Below, in pieces: positions 1 to 11,044 of a stretch of DNA of 64,000 nucleotides; position 1 is the stretch's first letter; each line of letters opens with the position of its first letter. This DNA is from Bilabrum cf. latius. Taxonomy: Eukaryota. Location: contig OZ237750.1 in assembly GCA_965178125.1 (NCBI GenBank), positions 806,001 through 870,000 on the forward strand. The letters run 5' to 3'. The notes beneath the pieces were generated by a model that searched no databases, was not told where the DNA came from, and saw nothing but the letters and a program-made list of their open reading frames with translations. The position numbers and the translations under genes were made by a program.

Positions 1-3000
1 ATGGCTCCAGAGCACCGCCTCCGGCCGGTTTTGCCGGCTCCCGCGCGCCACTACGACCACCAGGGCGGGAGCTGCGGCCGTCTGAGTCTGACGCCACCTC
101 GTCGCTGTCGGCCTCTGGATTGAGCACCACACCGCTGTTTAGTGTGCTGCAGCTTGGTCTAGGAGGCTATAACGAAAACGATGAGTTGCCGCCACCTGGC
201 TGCAGCATGCACCCAACGGAGCTGTCGCGGTCGACATGCTGCGCTCTGGAGGCCAACTCGAAGGAGTTGCGACGAGTGCGGCTGGCAACCCTGGAGGCGA
301 GACTAGGGCTCGGTGTGCCACCCTGATAGATCTAGTCGGGTGAGTTCGAGCTGGCCAAACTGCAGGACTCCGATGCATGCGCTTGAGCACGGCCGATGGT
401 GGGCTGCCTCGGAAACCCCACTGCGCTCCATGAAGTGATGTTGCCTCCCTCTGTTGACGTGTTGGCTGCAGAGATGGGTTCCACTTGAGCTCCGCTCTGA
501 GAATCGGAGCTCCATCGATCCATATGCCTGTGCCCACGGCTTTGTGCTGCGTCTTTTTCGCCCGGCAGCGGGTCAGGTATACAAGGTGATCCTACTGCCG
601 ATTGCGTTTGGTCGCCGAGATCCTCTGGTGGTGTCGACGAGTCAAACACAGGGTGTGCCCTCCCATCGCCTTCCGTGCTATCTTCCACCGGAACGAACAC
701 CCGGCCGCCGGGACGTTGTGGGCGTGCCCTTCCACCAGCTCGCTGTGCAGCAGGGGCAGGCCTACCAAACATAGCGATGGAAGGGGTTGCGGGCACGCGG
801 AGAGGAAATGGCGATACTGGAGCTGAAGGACGCTGCTCAAAGTTGAGGCTCCCGTCGCTTTCGTCCAGGACAAAGTGACGCCCGAGGCTGCCCTCGCCGC
901 TTGACGATTCCAAGGCGTGCTATACGCCGCCGTGGCGAAGCCTTGCCGGGCTAGCGGGGCCATACAGCACCGGTGGCATAGTACTGCTGGAGCTGGAGCT
1001 GTCCACAGACAGTAAGTTTGCCAGCATTCGGTCCGGCCCTGGCGTGTCCAGCTGGTTTACTGCCCCGCGAGTATTGTGTTGCGGTTCAGGTGGACACTGT
1101 GGTTGACTAGTGGCTGCATTTTTGTCACCGGCTAACTCGGGCCCCTGCTGCTGCTGCTGCTGCTGCTGCTAGTAGGCCTGCGCTACAGCAGCAGACGGAA
1201 ACTCCTGGTCCAGGCAGAGGCCGCTGTACCGGCTTCTTGGTCCCGACGCCAGGCTGTTGAATTGACCGCTCCTCGCATGCTTACGACCTCTTGTTGAGCC
1301 CGTGCGGTCCTCTGCAGAGTCGCTACGGAGCTGTGAGGGATGCCGCAGACTGGACTGCGATTTGAGCAAAGCGCCCGCCCCAGCTCTGTATGGCGCCTTC
1401 TGCTACAGTCTATTCTCAGCCTGACTTTGCCTCTAGAAGGAAGCGCCCCTCGGCGAATATGTCAATCGTGGACCGTCCCCCGGAGAACCAATAGCAGCGA
1501 GCTCGCCCAGCTTGCTCTACTTGCTCGAGAACAGAATGGGGTACATGCAACATAGCAGCACCAACCCTCGGGCGATGCCCCCAGCTGCGAGCCCTAAGCA
1601 CAGGTAAAGTGCAGGCCACTGGAGCTTCGCAACCCGAAAGGCAAAAGGAAGCGCCAAAAGCACGACTTGCATGCAAATCAATGCCCAAGCAGTAGATAGC
1701 GGTACCGCATACTACGCAGACATGCTCACATGCAACCATGCTGCGCCGAGGACGGCAGCTGAAATGGTTGCAAGCGCGGGGTAGAAGGTTAGAGAGAATG
1801 TGGTAGGGTGCAGTTGGCGGCTCTAGCATCCGCCCCGCCGAGATGCAGCCAAGGCCGTCTCAACCGCAGGTATCTCCGGAAGTGAAATGCAAACATCGAT
1901 GGATGAGGGCTCTGCAGCAACGAGCCAAGCGCCTGCGAGTCCAGCAGCTGTGCTGCCTCGGATCCGGCGTGCTATTCTCTGCAGGACGCTTCCAGGAGTC
2001 AATGAGCGCTAATTCTCTCCACCACCTGCATTCAAAGGAGCCTCATCTTGCCGCGGGACGTCACAATACAGACGCACAGAAATCCGCTGCGGGAGAGAAT
2101 AGCACCACCCATTGCTCATGTCCTGCTCGGAGCAGTTCGGCTTCAGTGAGGCACGACCAGGGGAGACGTGCAGCACACTAGCCGAGCACGCCACCGGAGA
2201 TTCTGGGAAGACAGACGCTCCAATGATGTCATCCACATCCATCTCAATGTCCCCCGCTAGCCATTTCAACTATTGAACGGTCGGCTTCGGCCAGTCTAGT
2301 CCGGGTGGCTGCCCCTGTCCGCCGAGGGGAACGGCCGCTGGCCAAGCGGATGCATCGAAAGACAGCACAAAATCTATATGCCCGCGGCTCACTGGAAGAC
2401 GCTGTGCCCACCGGGACTTTCGGGACCAGGAGCGCTGCCACGAGTTGTTGTCGTCTGGCATGCACCGCAGCTACGGTTTGAGTGGAGCACCGCTTGGGTA
2501 GTCCTACGGAGAGCTGCTGTCATATGTAGGAGGAGGTACGCCATCAGTTGCCGGCCGGACAGTCCCTAGTGCGGGTACCTGTGCGAGTCGATCGTTCCCG
2601 TAGATCTTCTCGTTAAGCACGAGACTAGGGTACCCTACCCAGTACGAGTACCACTATCGCGACTGGGTCGCCACTAAGGCCCATCCGTCACGATCCGCGC
2701 CATCCGCTCCGGCACCGATTCCTGCTGCCGCTAGCGATGCATCATTCTCCAGGCCGACGTCTACTGCAAGATGGCTAGGGTTGTTGCATACTGCGATGCA
2801 CCGGGGTCTTTCCTGAAAGTACCCCTGGGGGTACGTCCGAGAGCATTTCCAGGAGCCTCCTCGGACATTGGGAAGGGAAACATTCGGGTGCGGAGGCACA
2901 GCGCGGAGGAGTGCCGGGCCTCGAAACACGGCGTACGGTCCATGCAACAGCGCGTTTGACATAATAGGGCTTTGGTGCTGGCTGGTCTGACCGAAGCGTG

Positions 3001-4798
3001 CTGCTGCACTGCGTGGCCTCGCCACGGTAGCTTGAGCAACAGGCTGACCTCCACCTGAGGTCCCAGTGCTAGACTCGTTGGACCAGCGGCCGCGCACAGC
3101 TGGTATATAATTGTCTCGAGGCAAGTAGTTTCTCACGATAGACCCAATGGAGAATCCGGCCCCATTTTGAGCTATTGGCATGTCCACTGGCAGCAGGTCC
3201 GCGTTAAAAATATCCCGATCCAAACTGTACGTGAGGGCGCAGCCGACTAGCCCGGTCGGGAATAGTTGCCTAATGTTCGATGCCACGTATGCATTCACAG
3301 TTTTGCGGTATCCTGTGCTGGCTGAATCTACTTCGGATCCTACGTCTGGTCTGCAGCTCCTGGTCTAGATGCAGTTGACGTCTTCGAGAAACACGAGCTG
3401 CGCATCGGGTGCGACTGGCGCCAGCCCGACATAGGCCCCACACTGCATAGGCTTGTACGATACAGCATCGTTTGGTGATACGTTTTCCATTTCATCCTGT
3501 TGCAACCGGGTCGCGGGTGTATTGACCGTCTGCGTGACCACGTGCCCCCGGTTCACCCTCCAGGGGTAGTCCGGTGCATCACCAGAAGCAGTCGCGTTGG
3601 GACCCACAGGCAGCACAGCCACTGTGCCCGGGGGCCAGATGGTCGTGACGGACTACTGCCAGGTGAGCGTGTACGCCATTGAAGAGAGACCATGGCGCGC
3701 TACTGGCTTGATGGCCCTACCCGTGCAGGTCGCAGCTGCGTGCACCCAGCCGTCCGGTGCCCCCTAGTGTCCCCGGCGGAGCTGATTGAAGCCATCCAGC
3801 GGACCAGTGAATGGAACTATGGGGCTAGGGCACCGAGATGCATTCGATTTAGTACCTCGAATGTACCCGTAGGTCGTGGGCCATAGGACGGTCTGCCGGC
3901 ACGTGTCGTTCAAAGGGATGGGCACTCCAGCGGGTGTGCAGTCTGGGTCAAAGGTGCGGCGGGGACACTCCACCACTGAAGCGGATGCACACACTAGGTT
4001 GAATCGGTCGGTCGTTCCTCGAAATAGCATCAGCTGGGATGAAGTCTGCACCTGGGTGTCTGGTTGGAAGGGGAAGCCGCTCGCCATCAAAGAAGCGGGG
4101 TCGGCCCGAGCACCCGAGGGAACGTTGTTGCCAGTGCGGGACCACATCTGCATTTGATTCGTCAGCAATGACAGCCCGGCTTGCCTTGGCTGCATAAAAA
4201 CGATCCAGTGCTCTACCGTGAAAGGCTCCGCGGCACGAACTGGCGGAGCTACCGCTGGCCACAGGTTGGATTGACCTTGTGAAAGGGGCTGCCTTTGGCT
4301 TGACGATTCTGCCGCGACACCAACCATGCTACTATAGGCATCGCCATTGTGTGGACGCTGTCGATTTGTTGACGGAGGCTGGCCCGGCCCAGCTGGCCAT
4401 CTCAATTGCGTCCATCCACGTGGGGCTTGATGCTTCGGGTCGCCAGGCCATGGATGTCTACTCAAGTCGCAGCCATCGCCAAATGAAGTCCCTAAGGCCG
4501 AAGACGAGTAATTTAAAATTCTATTCTTAGTATCTTGCCGACTGCCGCCAAACAGTGACCCAATACTTGGGGTGGAGTACCATGTCGCTGCAATTCCAGG
4601 TGTTAAAAGAGTGTTGCAAACATGACCTTCGGTGCGATTGCTTGAATGGGACTTTTGCCAGACGAAAGTTGGAGGCACCAATGTGTAGATACTCACTGTT
4701 ACAAGTGTACCTTTGACCCACTGAAAAATTGGTATCAACGAGAGCAAGAGAGTTGCTCGTCTATGGCTGCTGCAGAAGCACTGCCTCAAGCACGCCAT
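1..4798 (-). CDS. Large hypothetical membrane protein (>1,590 aa, 3' end outside window), requires TAG=Gln
   Basis: ORF-track pieces 3764-4810, 3365-3622, 2654-3298, 2270-2461, 2009-2269, 1169-1369 and 332-913 share one frame. Hand translation from ATG 4798 to base 1 gives 17 TAGs and no TAA/TGA. Hydrophobic N-terminal stretch (LLLSLIPIFQW), several hydrophobic segments at ~1530-1800, low-complexity tail with poly-Q. Confidence 0.75.
1145..1171 (-). repeat. TAG-(CAG)8 poly-Gln microsatellite inside CDS
   Basis: Plus strand (ctg)8 followed by cta; minus strand reads TAC TAG CAG x8, in frame with the 1-4798 gene. Confidence 0.9.
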
Positions 4799-4939
4799 AT
4801 CCAACCACACATCCTGTCAACGGTATGACCAACAAGAGTTGAGCACCCAAGTTGATCATATGAAAACGTAGCAAGCAATCAATCGAAGGGAATTGTGCAG
4901 CGCTGGCTGCATTGTACCGCGGACTGGCAGCGAACCTTC

Positions 4940-6907
4940 ATGAAGCAGCCGCAGCCGCCGGCCAAGGCTCCGACTTACATCTACGCAAAAGGGTGCGTAG
5001 AAACCCAGTAGTATTCAATGGAAGCACTACATATTATGACAGCTGATATGCTTGTGACTGACTTGTGGCCAGAAGTGCTCCCGAGCGGACAGGCTGCGCT
5101 GCAGCTCCCAGACTATGGAGGCAAAGCCGCTCTGGCACACGTGTTCGGAACTGTCACAAACAGCAATGACTTCAATGATGACAGTAAAGCACCAGAGTAT
5201 ATGAGAAAGCTGTTCTTGGGCGGATTGAATCCTGCGACTACTGCCCAAGACGTAAAGAAAGCTCTTCAGGCTCGCGTTCAGGCCAAAGACATATTATCTG
5301 TCGACATTCTTAGAGATGCACACGGCAAGAGCAGGTGCTTTGGCTTTGTGCTCTTAAGCACCGTGGGGGTGCTCGATGGGTTGTTGAAATCCGGAGCAGC
5401 CAATGAACTGTGGATCGGCGGTCGAGCGGTTGACCGAAAACGTGCAAACCCGCCGCCTGGCATGAAAGCTGCTAGGAATTCAAAGTCCGGCAGCGAGGCC
5501 GAATCAGGCGACAGATCGAAGCCCGAGCCGCGCCGGCTGTTCGTTGGCGGAGTGCCCAGGAGCTGCTCGTCCGCTGATTTAACTGCCTTGTTTTCGCCCT
5601 TCGGCCACGTCCGAAGCAGCGAACTCGTTGGCGAGGGGCATGACGACGCACGTGGAGGGCATCGTGGGTTTGGGTACGTCGTGTTTGGACACGGCAACGC
5701 CGCACAGCGGGCCCTGCAGGCCGCGGGGAGCCCCGAGGGCGGCAAGCGGTTGCAACTAGCAGGGCAAAACCTCACCGTGAACGTCGCCAAATCGCAGGAC
5801 GGGAACGCAAATAGCGGTGGCAGGCGAGGGGGCAGCTCGGGGAGGCATGGTGGTAGGCGAGGCAGCAGCGCCCGGTCATCGGAAAGGGGCGCTCATCGTG
5901 ACCACCACGACAGCGCAGCGCCCGGCGGAAGACCGGCCGCCGCTACCGCTGCGGGGCACGGGTACGGGGGTTACCAGCACGGAGGAGAGGGAAGGGGGCC
6001 TGCCCATAGGTATGGGGGGCGGGGTGCATCGCACGATCGCTACGGTGCTCCTCTGGAAAGTCACCAACACGCCTATGCCACTGCGCCAGCCCCTGCCCCG
6101 GCATACGGCAGCGGATACGGTAGGAAAGATGGATATTCCTACGGTGGAACCCCACCGTCCCGGGCTCTCGCAGGTGCTGCCCCTTACGGTGGTGGCAACG
6201 CGCATTCTCAGTCGTTTGGGTACGGGGAGAGCAGGCCGAGCTATGCGCCGCCTTCCGGGCATGGGGAGAGCAGGCCGAGCTATGCGCCGCCTTCCGGGCA
6301 TGGACCTGGACCTGGGCCAGACCGGTTCTCTGCCCCAGGCACGCGATATCACGGGGGTTCAGGCCCCAGCAGCAGCAGCAGCAGCAGCAGCGGTGGGGGT
6401 TACCGTGGTGGTGGTGGTGGAGGACCTCATTACTATGGCCCGCCTCCCCACACTTCCCCGCCCGCCTATAGCCACCCTAGCTCGGGGCACGAGCGTGGCG
6501 GTGCGGTCCCGGGCGGTGACAGTGGTTATGGAGGTGGAGGAGGCTACGGGGGTGGGTATCGTGCGGGCGGGGGATAGGCACCCATGCAAGGCGGGGGCGG
6601 GTATGCGCCACCACCGGCAGCAGGCCCCTCAGGCTATGCGGGTGGATCGGGGGGCCCCGCCAGTGGTCCACCCTACGGAACTCAGCCCTCTGGTGCTCCA
6701 CAGGGCCCTCCTCCCTCCTATTCGTAGCCCCAGGGTTCGTACGGCCCACCGCCAGTCCCTGCCTAGCAGGCGCACGGGTCCTCGTACCAGCCGAGGCCCG
6801 CCACTGGCAGCGGTCATCCTCAGTATGGCGGTCCGCCGAGTCAAGCTGGTGCCGGGTACTATGCGCCGTAGGGCTCTGGGTATTAGGGGTGGGGCCAAGG
6901 TCGATGA
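4940..6907 (+). CDS. Two-RRM RNA-binding protein (hnRNP A1/Musashi-like) with Gly/Tyr/Pro/Gln-rich tail
   Basis: RNP2/RNP1 motifs KLFLGGL...RCFGFVLL and RLFVGGV...RGFGYVVF. The low-complexity tail continues through TAG 6575 and four more TAGs to TGA 6905-6907. Start uncertain (ATG 4940 or 5018). Confidence 0.85.
6224..6301 (+). repeat. Perfect 39-bp tandem duplication (GESRPSYAPPSGH x2) in the RRM protein tail
   Basis: ggggagagcaggccgagctatgcgccgccttccgggcat occurs at 6224-6262 and 6263-6301. Confidence 0.9.
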
Positions 6908-7093
6908 TTGCCGCTGGGGACCATTTACTAGCACGAATCACGTGACGTGCTGGTGACCTGCAACTGCAGGGTATTGCCGTCACGGGCGTGCCAGTGGCCG
7001 GGTAAGCATCACAAGTCTTTCGCCTTGAGTGTGGTGCAGCTTCATGTGGATCATCCATCTTGAATGCTTCGTTTAATAGAAGACAGCTTTGCA

Positions 7094-8989
7094 ATGATTG
7101 CGCTGACTCGGTTGCTCGGGCCTGGTAGCTCAGCCAATTTGTCGATGACATGTAGAGCTGCCAGAAGTACCTTGCAGTTCTTTCACTCTGAACCAGACAA
7201 AAGGGCAGGCAATTTGCCGACGTAGCTTCCAGCTGGCGCAAGAGGTTCCATCTTTGCCGCCAGGTATGAGCGGCATCCAAGCAGAGTGTCCAAGGAGGAT
7301 TGGCAGCCGTTGCGGCTGTGGAGATTGCGCTCCTCGTAGATCGCAAAACTGCTGACCTAGGCAACAATGCAAGTAAAGACGACCATAGCCAACGAAAGGG
7401 GCGTATCCCATGCTTGGGATAAAGGAGAGCCGCATTTGATGCGGAGTGCATGCAGTAGTTGGCCCGCAATGAGGCTTTGGCAGCCGTCTGCTAACAGCAC
7501 TGATTCAATTTTGCGAAAATCACCTGCTTCTGCTGATGATGATCCCAAAGCCATTGCCTTACATGAGGCGTTGTTCGAGCTCGGCGAGCAGGCGGCTGGA
7601 TTCGACTCGTCGGACGAAAGTCGTGACGATGAGGCCGGCGGCGCCAGCAGCACTGGTTCTGGCGTAGAAGCAACATCGCAGGCGCTATGCCCCTTGGGTC
7701 ACTTTCTGTCCTACTGCGACTACCAGCAGGATGATGACCCGCTCTACATCTTCGACGGGACCTTCGACCAGCTCACGCCTCAGCTCGCCGAGCACTACAC
7801 GGTGCCCCGATGGATCCAGCCCTCGGACCCTTTGGCTTGCCTCGAGGGACCCGCAGGCGCCCGTCCTGAGGGCTCCACACGACCTCCGTACAAATGGTGG
7901 CTCGTGGGTCCCGCCCGGTCCGGTACACTCCCACACAAGGACCCCCTGCACACGTCTGCATGGAACGCCCTGGTCGCTGGCGTGAAGCACTGGGTCTTCT
8001 TTCCCCCAGATACACCGGAGTCGATCGTGATGGGTGGAATGCACACGCAACATGGTTCATCATGTGCATCGTCGCAGCTGCCGAGGGGCCATGCGGACGG
8101 CGGCGCAGCCGAGAACGGGCCACAGGCAGCTGCAGGTGGCCCCCTCGCGGGATCGATCCAGCGATCCCAGCCGTCCAGCACAGCCTCTGAGTGGTTCTAC
8201 GGCGTCTTGCCTCGATTGATGGGTTTAAATGAAGCAGCTGACATATTTGCATCGGCCAAGGAACGTGCTACAAAAAGCGCGCTGGCTGTAGACTCGGCAA
8301 GCGACGGTTGGCAAAAATAGTACATCGAGGCTCTAACCAGCCGAGGCGCGTGCAAGCACAAAGCAAGCGTGGGTCCTCAGGAGGCTGGCACTGGTGCCTC
8401 ATAGGAAACAGATACGGCCTCGGGTGATAAGAAGAGTCTTTCACAGAGCCCTCTTGCCTCTGAAGCTCGCTCCTCTTTAGCATTGAAGTTCGGGATGCAA
8501 CAGTGCCTGCAGCTGCCTGGGGACGTCGTGTACGTGCCGGCAGGGTGGTGGCACGCAGTGCTCAATGTCAGCGGAGGGCTGCAGGGCGACGGAGTTGACA
8601 GTTCCCACGGTGCAGGTGCAGGTGCAGGTGCAGGTGCAGGTGCAGGTGCAGGTGCAGGTGTAGGTACAGGTGCAGGTACAGGTGCATGTACAGGTGCAGG
8701 GCACGCAGGTGCAGGATTGGGCGATGGCAGTGTCGCGAGCACGGCGCGCGGCGCGCCCGCACAAGCAGTGCAAGGGGCTACTTGTGCTGCCACTGGCCCT
8801 GCATCTATGCCCTCCTCGAATGAAGATGAATCATTGCTCGACCAAGCCATGCAACAGCACGCTGTTGCTGTCACGCACAATTTTGCGCGGGAATGCGACC
8901 TCGCCGATGTCATCGCTGCGGTGCGAGCGGACGAGACGGCAGGTGGAGCAGCGGCGGCCGACGTGCTTGAGAAGACGTGGTTGCGATGA
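7094..8989 (+). CDS. JMJD6: JmjC-domain dioxygenase, JMJD6-like
   Basis: DDDPLYIFD, RPPYKWWLVGPARSGTLPHKDPLHTSAWNALVAGVKHWVFFPP, QLPGDVVYVPAGWWHAVLN and AVAVTHNF are JMJD6-family motifs. The two halves are joined in frame across TAG 8318 and 8402; ends TGA. Start approximate. Confidence 0.8.
8609..8715 (+). repeat. (GGTGCA)n Gly-Ala coding microsatellite
   Basis: Run of ggtgca units degenerating to ggtaca/ggtgta, inside the JmjC gene. Confidence 0.85.
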
Positions 8990-9156
8990 TGTGGCATGAT
9001 TGGATACTTAACTAACAACCAAGACCGGGGCTGCTTCTTTTGTCGTTCGGCCGTGGCTCGAACGGGCTCAAGAGCAGATCCAAGGGCTTCACCCTCACCC
9101 AGTTTCTACTCTCCTGCCAACCGTCTCTCGCTAGCTTGCGCCCAAGACACCCCCAT

Positions 9157-10194
9157 TCACGTGCCTTTCACCCCATACGGCAGGTCCTTCCCCTCCAACC
9201 CCGCGACGAGGTTCTCTACGGCCATCTTCGCGATGGTCTCCCGGGTAGGCAACGATGCGCTTCCGATGTGCGGGAGCACCACGCAGTTGGGCAGGGTAAG
9301 AAGGGGGGAGGCGACGGGCAGCGGCTCAGGGGTGGTCACGTCGAGCCCCGCGGCGGCGATGGTACCGTCCTGGAGCGCCTTGATGAGCGCTTCCTGGTCG
9401 ACGATCTCTCCCCTGCCCACGTTGACGAGGATGGCCTCTGGGCCCATCTTGGCGAGCTGGTCGGCACCGATCAAGTGCCTCGTCTTGTCGTTCAGGGCGC
9501 ACGCCACGATCACGAACCGGCTCTGCTCCAGTAGAGCGTCCAATTCGCGGTACTCTGCCCCGCCCGCGGCCTCCTCAGCGGCGGGCTTGGGCCCCGATCC
9601 TCCAGAATACAGGATCTTGCACCCGAATCCGCGCCCCAGCCTCTTGGCCACCTCCGTGCCGATCCGCCCCATGCCGACTATCCCGACCGTGCTGCCGAAC
9701 ACATCTGGACCAGTCAGCCACATTGGCTTCCAAGTGGTCCACTCGCCCTTCTTGACGGCAGCGGCAGCCTCGGGGATGCGGCGAGCGGTCGCGAGCAGGA
9801 GGCCAACCGCAAGATCCGCCGTGGTTTCCGTGAGGGCGTCCGGCGTGTGGCCAACGCGAATACTCTTGGACTTGCACGTATCAACATCTACATGGTTGAA
9901 ACCAGCAGACATCGTGCTCACAACCTTGAGCTTGTCTCCGGCGGCTTCAATCAGCTCCTTCGGCACTTTATCTGAGAGAAGGCAGTAGATCCCATCCACG
10001 CCAGCCGATACCCATTCCGTTAGTTTTCCATGGTCCAAAGGTTCATCTGAATCGTGGTACAGAAGCTCAAGGGGTGTTCCCGCCGCGGACAGCCTTGTAC
10101 GCTCTTCCTCGAGGTACTTCAGACACTGCGGCGGTAGCTTCCTGGTTACGACTGCCTTGAAGGAAACGCTCTATCCAGCTGCTGCCCCTGCCAT
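9157..10194 (-). CDS. GRHPR: Glyoxylate/hydroxypyruvate reductase (D-2-hydroxyacid dehydrogenase)
   Basis: STMSAGFNHVD, TPDALTETTADLAVGLLLATARR, GIVGMGRIG, VNVGRG, AGLDVTTPEPL, PHIGSAS. Frame extends through TAG 10171-10173 to ATG 10194 (MAGAAAG*SVSFKAVVTRKLP); TGA end. Confidence 0.9.
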
Positions 10195-10450
10195 GCTTAT
10201 TAGGGTGAATGAGAGGGAGGCTGGCGTGTAGAGAGGTGGATTAAACTCGGGGTTAATGGTTCCGGTTGCGCCCCACCAAACTCATCACGAAAGCCATCGC
10301 ATGCGCACGGGCAGGTGTGCTTCTAGTAGATCATAGATGAAAACACCAATATGCTCTGCAAAACGCGATACAAGCCGCGAACGCCCTCACTTGCATGCCG
10401 CAGCGACTGCATTGTCGTGCGGCAAGCAACCGGCAAAGCTCGCAGCCTTC

Positions 10451-11007
10451 TTAGCTAAATATGGATTGAAAGCCCCCGAGGCCCTGCCCGCTTTGGTCGT
10501 TGCCACTACCAGCAACACCAAAGCCGCCCGCCTCTCCGAACCCGCCGCCGAGGCCCCCAGTCCCCCCGATTCCAGCACCGCCTGCAACGCCGGAACCCAG
10601 CAGAGTACCATCAAGCAGTCCGCCCGCGCCGACCTGCTGCCCGCCGGCCCCTTGCAGTCCAGACCCAGGAGCACTGCTCCCGGACGCACTCAGAGGAGCG
10701 GTGGCGCCCTGCCCGCCCATGCCCCCGAGAAGCCCGGAGAAGGTGTCCCCCAGCAGCGCACCCCCCCCGTGGGGGCCTGTCCCCTGGCCACCCCGCGACG
10801 AGGGGTCGCTCGAGCTGCGGGGAGGAGACCCCGTCGGGCCCATTGCCTGCATGCCTGGACCGGACGGGTTACCGCTGCCACCGTGCTGCGTGTGCTGCAG
10901 CCCGGACGAGAAATTCATGGGCAGGACCGCAGATGGCACGTGTGAGTGCGCGCCGCCCATGCCGCTGCTGCCACCAACTGCTTGCGGGGCACTGCGGGCC
11001 TGCGCCT

Positions 11008-11044
<37 letters not shown>

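Noticed and set aside
11000-11042. (GCCTGT)n repeat as a CRISPR or mobile-element signal
   Set aside because: A simple coding microsatellite (AQAQAQ) without spacers or transposase context.
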